47,288 nucleotides of DNA, filler included, from Sphacelaria rigidula (GCA_964200075.2; 2 parts of 2 records of this genome joined end to end with filler, not necessarily neighbours in it), one strand, 5' to 3'; positions 11,786-23,265 are shown, numbered from the whole stretch's first letter. Numbers and translations are program-made. The notes: generated by a model not told the origin, from the letters alone.

Positions 11786-14700
11786 GTATGTGTTGGGTCA
11801 GGATCCTTTATTCCTTCGAGGAAAAAAAAAAGTCCGATAGTGCTGGTACTGTTCTTCGGTTCCTTCCCGCACTGTAGTCTACTGCTCTCTTGGGTTAGAT
11901 AATACTTTCCCAGGTATTCCATGTATGCGCAACATGTCCGTCAACATAGACGAGATTCTTGACCCGTCGAGAGCATTTCCGATCATTGCCTTCGGCAGGT
12001 CCGTCGAAGTCGGTGGTCATCTCCCCAAGGTAGCAGCGAAAAGGGCATCCACATTCGGTTACTCATGCGCCCGTGCCTGGCGGGCATGGCACTTACCGTG
12101 GCCATGCTTTACATCACAGGGTGGCAATTGGCGCATCCGACACAAGGGACGTCGAGCCCAATCGTCGGAGGTGATCACCGCGCTGCCCACGGTCGAGTGG
12201 ATGCTGCGAAGCAGGTATACTGCGTGATGGGCAGGGAGCATGTTGATGGTCACTTGTTTCGACCCCATAGACAACGGCAGATGTAGCTGTGTATTTGTGC
12301 TCGTGTTGATGGCATAAATATTTACCCTAAACTTTTCAAGAACGAGTTGTACCTTTTTCAACCCAGTGCCCGATTCATGTCACATTTGGTCCCCCATTAC
12401 ATGCACTGTACCGTCTATGCCTCCGAGAGGGAATTAGCTATTCGGTTGTACCAAGGTGGCTGCTTGTCAAATTGGGCACAACTCTGCACTCGGTACTCGG
12501 AGTATGTGTGTACACTCGACGGTAGCGGAGGTAAACGCCCGCCGGATACGTGGTGCGCATTTGACAGTCGACGCCGCTTGATACTTAACACCAAGCATCA
12601 CGCTAACTTTGTTCATGTTTCCGTGGTCCTGCTACTCCACGAATCGTGCCATGATCGTGGTCAACATCGGCGTTGTGAAGGGGCTCCAACACAACCAGGA
12701 AATCGATTGGCGGACAAAAGTCACGCTGTATCAAGTGCCACGTGCAGTAGCAGAAGAGGTGAACAAGAACAGTAATGACCATACTATATCGAATATTGAT
12801 GTATCCTCGACCCAAGGCCTTTTTGACGAGGTGGACGTCATGGCCTTGACGGGCGCTATTTCCCGCTACGCTACCTTCGCGCGGCGCACGCTAGCTGCCG
12901 ACAAACTGGCCTTGGAGCAGTTCAAGCCACTGCAGGTGAAAACATTTTGCGAATTCTCACCAGAGGTGTGATTCATGTGTGTAAACCAGTCATGTAGGGG
13001 ATGCATATCCCGTTGTATCCAGTGCGGTATGTGGCACGTCACTCCAGTGGTAGAGCTTGTGCGGTCTTCATTTTTCTGCTATACTACAGCAGTAGGCGTG
13101 TATCGTTGTGTGTGCATACGTGTCAAGGATGGTGGACTATGCGAAACGGAGGCCTGTAGTCCTTCTTCGATACTGTCAATAACTCCATGTTGTAGATGAA
13201 CGATCTTTCCCGCGCTTGTCTCTTCCCACCGCTTGCGCCGCGCTGATTCCACGCCGTGCCACCACCACCCCCTCCCGCCCCGAAGGGTAAGTACATCGTC
13301 TTGAAGACGGGGAACGAGCTGGCGAACAGACTGAGAGGGGTACTGAGCGGATTATTGCTGGGGATCCTCACCGATCGCGTATTCGTTGCGGATATCACGT
13401 ATCAGAAAGATGCCAGGCAGGGGCTGTTGAGCACCCTTTTTGAGGGTCCCGGGTACCAGGTGAATACCGCATTTGTGCCACTGTGAATGCAGGGAGGGGA
13501 ATGAAAGAACGTCCCAAGGCGGCTCGCAGAATCAGTGGACAATGTCCTTTTCAACGCCGTTTGTATTTTGCATGTTCCCGAAGTGCTCACACACCGCATG
13601 TGCTGACGACTTGAGAGTTGAGTCCCACCGCCAAAAGTATACTCGCACTGCTTGCAATGGATATAGAGAGAGGTGTAAAGCGGAGCAAAACACCCGTTTA
13701 CGACTCCACGCTTTCATGCACCAGGCGTGCCGCAATCGACTCGGTGAAAAGGGAGAGACACATTCTCATCTCCATCCTGTGAATACCTCGATCTCAGACC
13801 AATTCGACCTCGATTTTGCATTGACCGTCCTCAGCATGACCTGTTTGCCGATGAACTCCGACAACCGAAAACAGTGGGATCTATCCCTGCTGCCGGATGG
13901 ACTTCGTCGTGCACTCGCGACGAGCAGAGGCAGGATGGTTGAATTCGATATGCGAGAAGATGACTTCCGCCGCTGGGTCTGTGAAGATGTGCTTCGCTCG
14001 GAGGAACTCTCCGCCGCCCCTATCATCACCCTCTCCACCGTAGTATACCCCTTGCCGCTATTGGCCCGCAATCCGACATACGCCTCACACGCAATTTTCG
14101 CCGCTGGCTTCATACCAGAAAGCACATGGCCTCTGTACCAGCCACTGGGGGAAGAGCATCAGGACGATCCCGTAGTCAGGGAGGTCGGGGGAGGCGGTGC
14201 CGGCGTGGAGACGAAAGAGCTGATGCAGTGGAAAGGGTTCGCGGGGGGGAAACAAAGTAGGATAGAGGCGTTCGAGACGCTGCTGACGAGAATGGTGCTG
14301 AGGCCTACGGTGGAGATGAGAGATAGGGCAAGGGTCATGGAGCAGTTGGTGAGAGATAGGGCGGCGGCGTGGGGAGAGAAACGAGGCATGAAGACGCCGC
14401 CCAGGGTTGTCGGGCTGCACTTGCGGACCTACTACGTGAACGCAATCAGCCCGGGATCGGTGAGTATGACGAGGAAACCTGTCATCCACACAGACCTTCG
14501 TCAATAATCCTCTAAGTCGTAGCCCGCAAAGTTATGAGTGAGCCTGTTTCAAAGCGGTCATTGGCGACGTTCAAAGGGTTCAATATTTCCGGTTACATAC
14601 TTGGAAAATGTGCCGAAATCCAGCGAAACTCACGATGCGGAACTGTTCCTAAATCCGAAATTATTCGACTTTCGGGATATTACTGAACTCCTTAACTGGG

Positions 14701-17700
14701 ACAGTCAAGTCTCTGAATGAAAAGCCTCTAATCACGACATTAGCACAAGCCTATCATTAGTGTTGGGGATGTGGATAAAAGGAAATCCACATTCAAGATC
14801 ATTCCCGGAGCTGGAATCACCGAAGATGCACCTGTTCCGACTGAAACTAAGGCAAATCGTTGCTCACAGTTATACACGTACCGATTGATAATCATAACAA
14901 CTCCACGCACATGCACACAGCGACTTTGTGCACACACCCTCTATTCGTCACACTTTGGTTTTAGATTATGGGGGAAGTACAGGCTTTCATTCCTCAGTTT
15001 GTTGTCCGTCCTCGTCCATCAAGGTCGGGGTACATCGGTCATCATCCATCAACTGCGCTGTATTTTCGGCCGTTGTTCAATTGCCGCATTATTGCTGTGA
15101 TGTGGTGTAGACCACTGAGGATCTGCGTGAGATGCGCCAATCAACTGTGGTAGTCTTGGCTTGTGTGAACCGTCACGTGAGTGTCGATCCAAGTGAGGAC
15201 GTCTTCATTTGTGTGAAGAGTCGTTCTATTCCGTAGTAGGAGACAGCGCACTACACTACACTGCACTGTACTGCGCTGTACAGCACTGTACCATGCAGAC
15301 CATGCAATACTGGACCCTAGCATATTTGCAAATGTTGAGAACTGGCTGCCGGCTTAGTCTTCTTCGAATTGGATATACCTAGGCTGACGATTTTGCATCC
15401 AGACATGGCTAATACCTTACTAGTTTTTATCCCATGTATTCGCCCAAATATGGGATTGTTACACCCGCACACCCGTCGAAGGCTCGGAAATGGCACGCAT
15501 GGTTAACCCTATAGGTACTGGCAATGGAAAGGTGTGGATTTCGAGGTGCTGTTTTTTGAACGACATATGGTTGAGTATATGCAGCTTTCACGCAAAACTA
15601 TTAGCCCGAGGCGTGTCGTTCAGACCCGTATGAAAATGTGTCCCAGTGCCGTACGGGACTCAGTATTTGGAAAATAGACAGGTGGTGCCGATTTTTGTTT
15701 GTATAGAATCCGGGCACGCAATTGTTGATTTTGGCCGTGTGCACAACATTGAACAAACTTTACCCGTTGCGTCCCTCACCGAAGAAAACTACTCGGACCG
15801 CACCGGGGTGACATTTTTGGTGCGCGCATGACGTATTCTGGTGAATTCTTCTGTGGCCTTCCGCCGTGGAAATGGTTGCCGTCGGTCTTTTTTGTTTCCA
15901 TGTTTTCTTCTTTGCTAGGGCTTGAAATGATGAGGCGTCTAGCCCGGGGACGGAATGGGAGGGTTGCCAAGGGTTGATCCCTTCGCTGCCAATTATACAT
16001 GCACGCAAGTGCGGATGCGAACGTCAATACAGACAGATACAAGTACAAAATAGTCGGTAGCGCTATACATCATGGAGTAGTCTCCAAGCGGACAATCACC
16101 ATCATCAACATTCAGCAATGAGCACATCCTACAGTACGAGTGAGACTGAGCTGTATTAGTGGTGGTGCTCTGCTACCTCGTGATGTGCTCATATGCGTCG
16201 GCATCGAGCCTTCATAGATGGGCTTCGTGCGTCTGAAACGACCATTTCGACGTCTGGCTTTGCTGAGAGAAACGAGGGTTCAGAGCGCCGCAGGCAAAAA
16301 AAATGGTCGACATTTTGCGTCCAAGAGCGTCGAAAAAACGTCGAAGGACGTCCAGCAAACGGTAAAAAACGTCTCAGAAATGTCTGAGGATTTTCGACGA
16401 TGTCTGAGAGGAGAGTAAGCGCGTCTGCCACAGACTCAGCAGCGCATTAACTCTATTGATTCGGAAACAATTTGGCACGTGCACTAATTGCCCGCCGATC
16501 GCCCCGGTTTTTCAGTTGGTGACCTCAAAAATCTTGTGGCGATTAGGTCGTGAGTTCGACCTCCGGTGAAGTCACCTGAGTTATTTCTTTTCTCACAATA
16601 TGCCGAACAATTGAAAGCGATTATTTCGTGAGTAAACAAAATTCGGGTCACAGCAGCTGTCGACGAGCACAAGGCACGGCTGAACCCTTCTTGTGACAAA
16701 AAAATCAAGGCAAGCACCGCAGAAAGAAGTAGGAGTACTCAAATAAGATAAGGAAAAATAAACTCCTATGTTACCTTCCTCCTGGGTGGCCCCGGCTGGT
16801 GCACCCTCATACACCGGAATGTGCGTGCGTCCAGAATGAAGGGGACGAACACACACATCAAGACATGTCTGCAATGATTTCATTAACCTCATCGACCAAG
16901 GCGGGTGAGGGTGTCGGGTATTACAGTAGTATTCGTCCTGCATCCAGCAGAGTCCGGCATCTCGTGAATCTCTAGCAGCATTACGGTAGCGTCACGCACA
17001 GTAGTATGGGCGGAGTTTGCTTGCGGACGCGAACCGACGCTTACAGGCATGGCCAAGGGGCTCCTGGAAACCCCGTGAACTACTTATCCCGGGTACGTCA
17101 TCCTCCACCAGTATATCGTGCAAGCATCAATTCGTTCCTTGTCTGCCTCAGTGACGTCTCGATCCCCTTCAGTTATTTTCTGTAACTGCCTCCGATTTGC
17201 TCACTGTCTTTTTCTCATGCGGAAATATATCGTGAGCGTTTGCCTCTTCCTAAGGACCGTCTCACCCCTCTCCGCGATCTTCATTCGCAATAACGTTTGT
17301 TCTCCTCAATCGACGTGTTTCGCTCAGTTGGAGAATAACTTGCGAGAGTTCGCGAGCTGCACGTCAACGAGAGAGACGGGAGTGGATGACACATTTTACT
17401 TCGTGGCAACCGACGAGGCCAGAACGCAGGCGGTGGCACAGAAGGTGAGCAGCTCAATACAGGGCAGGCCGAACGGGTCATGGAGTAGGAAGAAGTGAGG
17501 AGTGAGTTGGAACTAAAATACTGAGGTAGCGTTGATTGCATAGTGAAAAGTTCAGCGGTATTTCGCCGACGGACTCGCCGTGTAGAGTCAGGATTATTGC
17601 GCTTTCAAACCTATTGTTTATCGGAGTAAACCTTATTTATCGGCGTGCGGTTTTGTCTCTTGATGAGCCGTGGTTGTGCGGATACGAGATGCAGTTTTTC

Positions 17701-18573
17701 CTGTGTCAGCTTTGCGATGATGGTCTTCACTTCATAACTTTGCCGCTTGTGTTCCTCGCTTTGGTGGTGCTGGGAACTATCGGTCGATATTGTATGACAC
17801 GCTGCTTCAGGTCTGGGGAGATGGCTGTTTCTTCCAGAAATTCGGGCTTACCGGCGGCTTTCAAGAAGGAATGAAGTCTGCACTTGTCGACCTTCTGGTG
17901 AGAGCTCGCGCGCACTTTTCATTATGTGGAATGTTGTGAGGCCATCGCTAGACGAGGTCGGAGACATCGTACATCAGTTTATCACGTTTCCAGTGGTTGT
18001 CGTATACAGCACGTGCTTGTTGCCTCTTCGTATCGTAACGATACCCACTCCATGACTATACATCGCAAGACGATGTGTATAGCTGATCACTTTTCCCTAT
18101 TCCCGCCTCCGACGCTCCCGCCACTCTTACCCCGTACACTCTTGCTCTCTCCGCACACGCCACACAACAACAACCCACCACACGGTTTAAAAAAACAGGT
18201 GATGGGATCACTAGACGATTTCGTGATCACCCCTCATTCCAGCTTCAGCGAGCTGGGCTCCACCCTGTCCTTCACCTGGCTGTCCGACTACCAGACTGCT
18301 CTTCGCATCCTTCCAAACCGTCCCCTCATGCCCATATTCGCCCACATGAACGAGTTTGAACGGCGGAAAGTGATGTCTCTGCTGGATCGCCGTGCAGCCC
18401 CCATCAAAAGTAGGTCCACCGGTCAGGGGCAGGCGGGGCAACAATGTCTCCGACAGTACGCCGCCGGCATGAGCGTTGTGGTGGCTAGGGGGCAATATCT
18501 TAGAAGTATGTTTGAGACCATCGAAAACGCAGAATGTATGCGGAAGCGGCGAGTTGAGATTGCCGAAGTATAA
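11723..18573 (+). CDS. Putative type II membrane fucosyltransferase (GT37/GT23-like, GT-B fold), 8 exons, 617 aa: 11723-11785, 11999-12214, 12699-12935, 13286-13459, 13875-14459, 17328-17444, 17811-17897, 18199-18573
   Basis: Manual splicing at GT..AG sites gives one open frame of 1854 nt ending in TAA at 18571-18573. It has an N-terminal hydrophobic anchor (CLAGMALTVAMLYITGW), then KYIVLKTGNELANRLRGVLSGLLLGILTDRVF (GLGNR-like motif), LFEGPGYQW, motif I VVGLHLR, motif II FYFVATD and motif III ALVDLLVMGSLDDFVITPHSSFSELG, in the order known for alpha-2/alpha-6/O-fucosyltransferases. Confidence 0.85.
11999..12214 (+). CDS. Fucosyltransferase-like gene, exon 2 (cytoplasmic tail and transmembrane anchor)
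   Basis: Acceptor ttcggcag and donor CAG|gtatac. Encodes VRRSRW...RLLMRPCLAGMALTVAMLYITGWQLAHP...AAKQ. Confidence 0.7.
12699..12935 (+). CDS. Fucosyltransferase-like gene, exon 3 (stem region)
   Basis: Acceptor acaaccag and donor CAG|gtgaaa. 79 codons, EIDWRTK...AISRYATFARRTL...FKPLQ. Confidence 0.75.
13286..13459 (+). CDS. Fucosyltransferase-like gene, exon 4 (GNELANR motif)
   Basis: C-rich tract ending ccgaag as acceptor, donor CAG|gtgaat. Encodes GKYIVLKTGNELANRLRGVLSGLLLGILTDRVFVAD...FEGPGYQ. Confidence 0.85.
13875..14459 (+). CDS. Fucosyltransferase-like gene, exon 5 (motif I VVGLHLR)
   Basis: Acceptor aaaacag and consensus donor gtgagt. 195 codons within the listed ORF 13473-14507. 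Confidence 0.9.
16494..16860 (+). mobile_element. tRNA-derived SINE, copy 2 (in intron 5 of the fucosyltransferase gene)
   Basis: Same gccg(g/a)tcgcccc head, tcagttgg A box, gagttcgac B box, body and CA tail as copy 1, but more diverged. Confidence 0.82.
17328..17444 (+). CDS. Fucosyltransferase-like gene, exon 6 (motif II FYFVATD)
   Basis: Acceptor tttcgctcag and donor AAG|gtgagc. Encodes LENNLREFASC...FYFVATDEARTQAVAQK. Confidence 0.88.
17811..17897 (+). CDS. Fucosyltransferase-like gene, exon 7 (VWGDGCFFQKFGLTGGFQEGMKSALVDLL)
   Basis: Acceptor gcttcag and donor CTG|gtgaga. This reading frame is absent from the ORF track, but it supplies the expected ALVD start of motif III. Confidence 0.85.
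18199..18573 (+). CDS. Fucosyltransferase-like gene, terminal exon 8 (motif III DDFVITPHSSFS)
   Basis: Acceptor aaaacag after a C-rich tract. Reads VMGSLDDFVITPHSSFSELG... to TAA. Confidence 0.88.
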   Translation: MMGSLDDFVITPHSSFSELGSTLSFTWLSDYQTALRILPNRPLMPIFAHMNEFERRKVMSLLDRRAAPIKSRSTGQGQAGQQCLRQYAAGMSVVVARGQYLRSMFETIENAECMRKRRVEIAEV

Positions 18574-20169
18574 ATTTCGATGGCTAGCTGCTCGGGGCAC
18601 GCGTAGACGTCCGACTTCCGTAGCTCATACGAATGTGGGGTATTTTAGTGTGTTGAATGGTTCGCCTAAACCAGGTAACAGCTCTCAGTAATCGATTGTT
18701 AGTGTTGTCACGTGTGTGTCCCAGCGCAGGAAGGTAGAATGATGTAGTGTGTGTGATCCCTTTTATGGCATTCCGTGGTGGGGTGATGGGTGGTGCGTTG
18801 AGCGTTTGCTTGGTTACAATAATGTTTGTGATGTGGGGAGTGTCTGGCCTGGAGCTGACGCCTGTGTATGTAAATGCAGCTCTCAACAGATGGGATGTAT
18901 CTTCAGGCTACGAGTATTGACCGAGGGCAGCTGGAGGATAAGCCCTAACACTGTGCGGTTCAAGTGTGATAGCCTGCGCCTGCAGTAGTATGCTTTGGTC
19001 CTTGGGGCGGGCGGGTAATTTGCTCCGAATGTACACACATAGGTCTCCGGTACGATGGATTCGCTTTGGCGCTGAGCCAGGCCATTCATTCAGTATCCTG
19101 AGCAAGTGGCTGAAGAGGAAAGACTAATGAAACCTGATTGGCCAGTTACGCTTGATCGACAGCTGAAGTCAACCATGGCTATTTGGAGCGGAGAAACTAT
19201 TGGGGAGCAACCATTCATGAAATTACAATTTTTTCATTGAGCCACCGAAACAGTTTTGTGCTGTATTCGTGTGTCATGAATAAAGCGCTAAATCACTCGG
19301 TACTTTAAGTTGCACACAACTCTGTAGGCGAGCGTGGCTTACGAAACTCTCGGTCATCAACAAGCTTTTTAAGTCGGCCATCTGCGATCTGCGAAAACAT
19401 CATACTTGATTCGCAAAGCTCCGTTGTCTCTCCGCTCGTGCTTGGCGTATTCACTCCGTTAATATCCCGAGCTGTACGCGCTAGTAATGGAGCGATCTGT
19501 GACTCGAGTCAACATGCACGTAATTCAGCGCGCAGGTGATACAGTAACATTTCCCGTTCCAAAGAGAGTGTGATGAGGGATTCCTCCCTTGCCCTGCTTG
19601 ATGCGTAGTCCCGTGTTGCTTGTGAACGTGAAGTTGCTCGTCCAGCTTCCTTGCAAGCGCATAGCTTCGACACATCAGGCTTTTTGGAAACAGGCACGAT
19701 AAAACGCTAGGGTGTCGAAAGAGACCGGAGACCGGCCGTGAAATCTGTGACTGGTGTCTCGGATACTGGCGGACATGCTAATAGCTATTTATGGTCGGGC
19801 ATGCTTCACATCAGACGTTGACGCTCAAGAAGAGGAGGGTAGGATTTGTACGTTCCTGCGCGATAGCTTATACGTCGCGCGTGAAATTTCGCGCCCACCA
19901 TCTACACAACGCCCCACGTAGATGCCCGATTTCTCGCCACGCCTTGTTGACCCAATGGATGATTTATGTACTGGCGACTGTTCTCGCTAGTCCAACAGTC
20001 CTCGCCAATTCGCTTCTTCGATATGCCCTAAAGTGTTCGCCGTAGTGAAGACAGGCAACGAAGCGTTCAAAGGGGGGCAACTTGCATCAGTACATCTACC
20101 TGTATTAAAATGTCATCTCACGCATAAAAATACTCGCACAATTGAGACCCATGCTTGTCCTCACCTTCT

Positions 20170-20235
20170 CATCTATGTGACCACGGCTGGATCCCTGGGC
20201 GGTCAGTTAAGGTGCGACAATCAATCAATCAAATC
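20170..20235 (+). mobile_element. Extremely 5'-truncated LINE 3' end
   Basis: atgtgaccacggctggatccctgg..gtcagttaaggtgcgacaatcaatcaatcaaatc matches the 3' terminus of the LINE at 40762-40835 (- strand). Confidence 0.7.
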
Positions 20236-20606
20236 GTCTTAGCTTGCTCAGGGAAGTCAAGGTTCGCGGGTACCTTAACCTCGAGAGGTTAATGTGCTGC
20301 AAAATATGTACAGCAGCCTTGACGAAGAAAAGTCGGGAAGTTCATCGACAAAATACGATTGCTGCCAGAGAAATTGATCACTAGTTTGATACTATTTTTC
20401 AGCTGTCAAGAACATGCAGGGAACTTTGTCGCGACATGTATGTAGCGTGGAAAATAATGGTAGCGTGAGCCCAGCAGCTGGGATATCGCAGAGGTGCTGG
20501 TGCACTGACAGTAGTCGTACAGGGAGGCGAGCGCTGGTAAAAGGGATATGCGCTATGCCGCTCACCCCATAAGATCGACGCATGACAACATGCTCTCAAA
20601 AGGTTG

Positions 20607-21956
20607 TCAGTGAATGTTCGGGACCCGAACACCCTGCGCCACTCCCTCGAGAGAAGGCCGCTCGACCAGAGAGGATATGATTTGCCCCGTATTCATGGCT
20701 CTCTGATTGATATTGGACGGCGGAGCTTTATTTCCCATTCCCGCACGAAAACATTGAGGTCGGCTCACCTGTATTGTCGAGAGAAGGTCCCCCGCGCTGT
20801 CCTTAGTGTTGATTTTCTTCATCACAGTGATCAGCTTCCTCGTGCTCGCAAACTGCGCCCGCGGGCTCACCGAGCCTGCAGTAGCCTGAAGGGTTGCCTT
20901 CAGCGCCTCGTGCACGTTCATCTCACACCTGCCACTTCTGTCACTATCTCCCGTTCCCATCGCCGACAATATCTTCGGATCCTTCATCCTGTCGTCTCGC
21001 GATATCTTACCCGACGTCACGTCACCACAGACAGCGGGGGGCGGTGACGTACCCACCACGTTTTTGTTCCCACTGGATACCCTGTGGACTCCGCTTGACT
21101 CAAAACGCTCCTTCTTTCGATCGCTGCTCAGGCGGCGTGATCTGCGCCCAGTCATCGTTGCAGCCCATCCTGGTCCCCTTGAGGTGGTGTTAGATGCGGT
21201 ACTGGCGGAGGTCGAGCGATATCTCCCTCGAGTTCCGGGTGCGGCGCTAGCGGGTCTTTTTTTTGTCCCCACCCTCCCATTTCGAGTCCTATCGACACCG
21301 ATTTTCGGCACGTAACTGCCACCAAGCGAGTCGGGTACCGTTCGCACACCACGGTCCGCCAGGTGGTGGTCGTCGCAATGAGTGAATGGTCTTCGGCTTC
21401 GCGGTTGACGTTGCCGTGACGTTGTTGCGCTTGCTACCACGGTAGCAGCACGCTGAAGCAGCTTGCCCGGGGTCGTGTGTCGGGCTGAGGGTGGTTGCAA
21501 CGACGCGGAATCGATTTCATCGGCACCCACCGCCATCAATGCTGCTGGAGGCGCCAACTGAGCCGTCACGTCCACCGCCGATGCCGCTGTCGCCGCCGAT
21601 GCCGTTGTCGCCGCCCCTACCTTAGTAGGTTTTCCGAATACAAAATTTCGCTCTGTACGAGTGAACAGTGGGGTGCTCCTGGAGCCGTCACCGTTGATTG
21701 CTAAACGGCAGCGACCCCTTCGGTTGTCCCCCGTGAGCAGATGCTGTTTCCTGGCAACTGTGTGGTTCAAGTTACCCGTCGACCGCGAGTGTAATGTAGA
21801 GTCATGTCCCCCATGAATATCTCCCTCATCGCTGTCGCAATCTTCGGTGATATCCCGAGATTCCGGATGCCGTCCGGTAGTGCCGCGCGCGATCCACCTG
21901 ACGGCGCGCGGGCGGTAGCCCTTGAGGTAACTCCTTCGCTTTACCGCCCTGCTTGC
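20607..21956 (-). CDS. Uncharacterised low-complexity protein, probable terminal exon (449 aa plus stop)
   Basis: Acceptor ggtgtag, then ASRAVKRRSYLKGYRPRAVRW..., which runs in frame into the listed ORF 20607-21770 and its TGA. Rich in R/S/T/A, with PxSA/RPxSA motifs. Confidence 0.72.
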   Translation of the reverse strand, partial: ASRAVKRRSYLKGYRPRAVRWIARGTTGRHPESRDITEDCDSDEGDIHGGHDSTLHSRSTGNLNHTVARKQHLLTGDNRRGRCRLAINGDGSRSTPLFTRTERNFVFGKPTKVGAATTASAATAASAVDVTAQLAPPAALMAVGADEIDSASLQPPSARHTTPGKLLQRAATVVASATTSRQRQPRSRRPFTHCDDHHLADRGVRTVPDSLGGSYVPKIGVDRTRNGRVGTKKRPASAAPGTRGRYRSTSASTASNTTSRGPGWAATMTGRRSRRLSSDRKKERFESSGVHRVSSGNKNVVGTSPPPAVCGDVTSGKISRDDRMKDPKILSAMGTGDSDRSGRCEMNVHEALKATLQATAGSVSPRAQFASTRKLITVMKKINTKDSAGDLLSTIQVSRPQCFRAGMGNKAPPSNINQRAMNTGQIISSLVERPSLEGVAQGVRVPNIH

Positions 21957-22296
21957 CTACACCATCGATTGGGAAACGACGGGATTATCAGTGGATCCAT
22001 ATGATCTTGGTGTGCCGAAGGTAAGACACGTGACGGTGATGCAAACGAGTACCACTCCAAGCCAGATGAAAGTGATGGGAACTGTCTCTTCGCATGATTT
22101 AGAGCAGCTTGGTGCGATGGTATCTTAAGTGGTGCGAACTTGTCCGTCATCACAGAAGTGCCTACTAGTGACACATGAAACGCCACAAACTCCATGGGCT
22201 CACGGTACTCATATTTGAGTCAGAAGCCTTTGGTAAAAATATATTTTCCGATCACGAATCCCATGCCTGTCCCCCATCAGCCCGACACACGCACAC

Positions 22297-23265
22297 CTGA
22301 AGCGCATCAGCGTTCTGCCTCACGGCGTCGATCCCAACCCCAGAATCTGCTAAAAACGGAGGGACAGCCGTCGGTTCCCTCTCTTCCAAAACTCTCCGTT
22401 CAGCGAGCTCCCGCTCAGCCTGCAGCAATTTCTGGCTCACCGTACGGACTAGGTGAGAAGAGGAGGCTCGTGAAAGTCGCGAAAACCCTCCCGCAGAGAG
22501 ACAAGCTGAAGGTGCCGAGTGTGGTCGAGGACCCGCAAGCGCTCCTCGCTCTGTTCCATCAATTTTAATTCTACTTATATCTATTCTTTCTTGTGACTGT
22601 TGCTGCTGCCGCGGCTGATTGAGAGGCACAGGTGTTACCTCGTCTCGTTGCGTGCACGATATCGCTTCATTTCCTCTTCCACGATTCCTAGAACCTCGCC
22701 GCCTGCCCTCTCTACTTCGTTCTCCGACAGTCCCCCCATTTTCTCTTTTTTCGCCATCTCCCTCTGCAAGACTCTCTGTCGGGGCATCGTTCCTTACCTC
22801 GCCAAAAGGCACCGATCGTTTCACCCTACCTTCTCCATTTCCGCCAAGGTGACCGCCGTCTTCGCCCTCGCCACAATCGTCAGTTTCGTCGTCTGCTCCA
22901 CTACTGTGACGACTACCCTCACCCCCTTGGCTGCTGATCACATTTGTTTCAGTATCGCTGCTGGCGCAAGAATCAACATCAACATCTTCCATGCGTAACA
23001 TCTCCATCAGGTGCTCGATTTCGGGGTCCTCGGCCAGTCCGTCGAAACCTGGTGCTGATGCTGTCATCGTTTCAACATCTGGTCCCATCTCGACGCCCTC
23101 ACTCTCTCGACATGTTGGTTCTAACGTCGTTTCCTCTGCCGTTCTCGCCGCCTCAAGAGGAACCTTGTCCTCGACATCACCCGCCTCTTTGGTGAAGAGC
23201 ACATCGGGGCTGTGTTCTGTCTGAGGAGGAAAACCATGCGTCTCTCTGTACAGGTCCTCAAATAC
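22297..23265 (-). CDS. Uncharacterised low-complexity protein, internal exon (323 aa); gene is 5'-incomplete
   Basis: Acceptor atcag|GTATTT after a pyrimidine-rich tract, donor CAG|gtgtgc. Reads VFEDLYRETHGFPP...acidic/Gly-rich...RPHSAP...KLLQAERELAERRVLEERE...NADALQ, phase 0 at both ends and in frame with the next exon. Confidence 0.75.

Noticed and set aside
13473..13874. N-terminal 134 codons of the 344-aa ORF 13473-14507
   Set aside because: These lie in intron 4 (13460-13874). Coding character and splice signals start at 13875.
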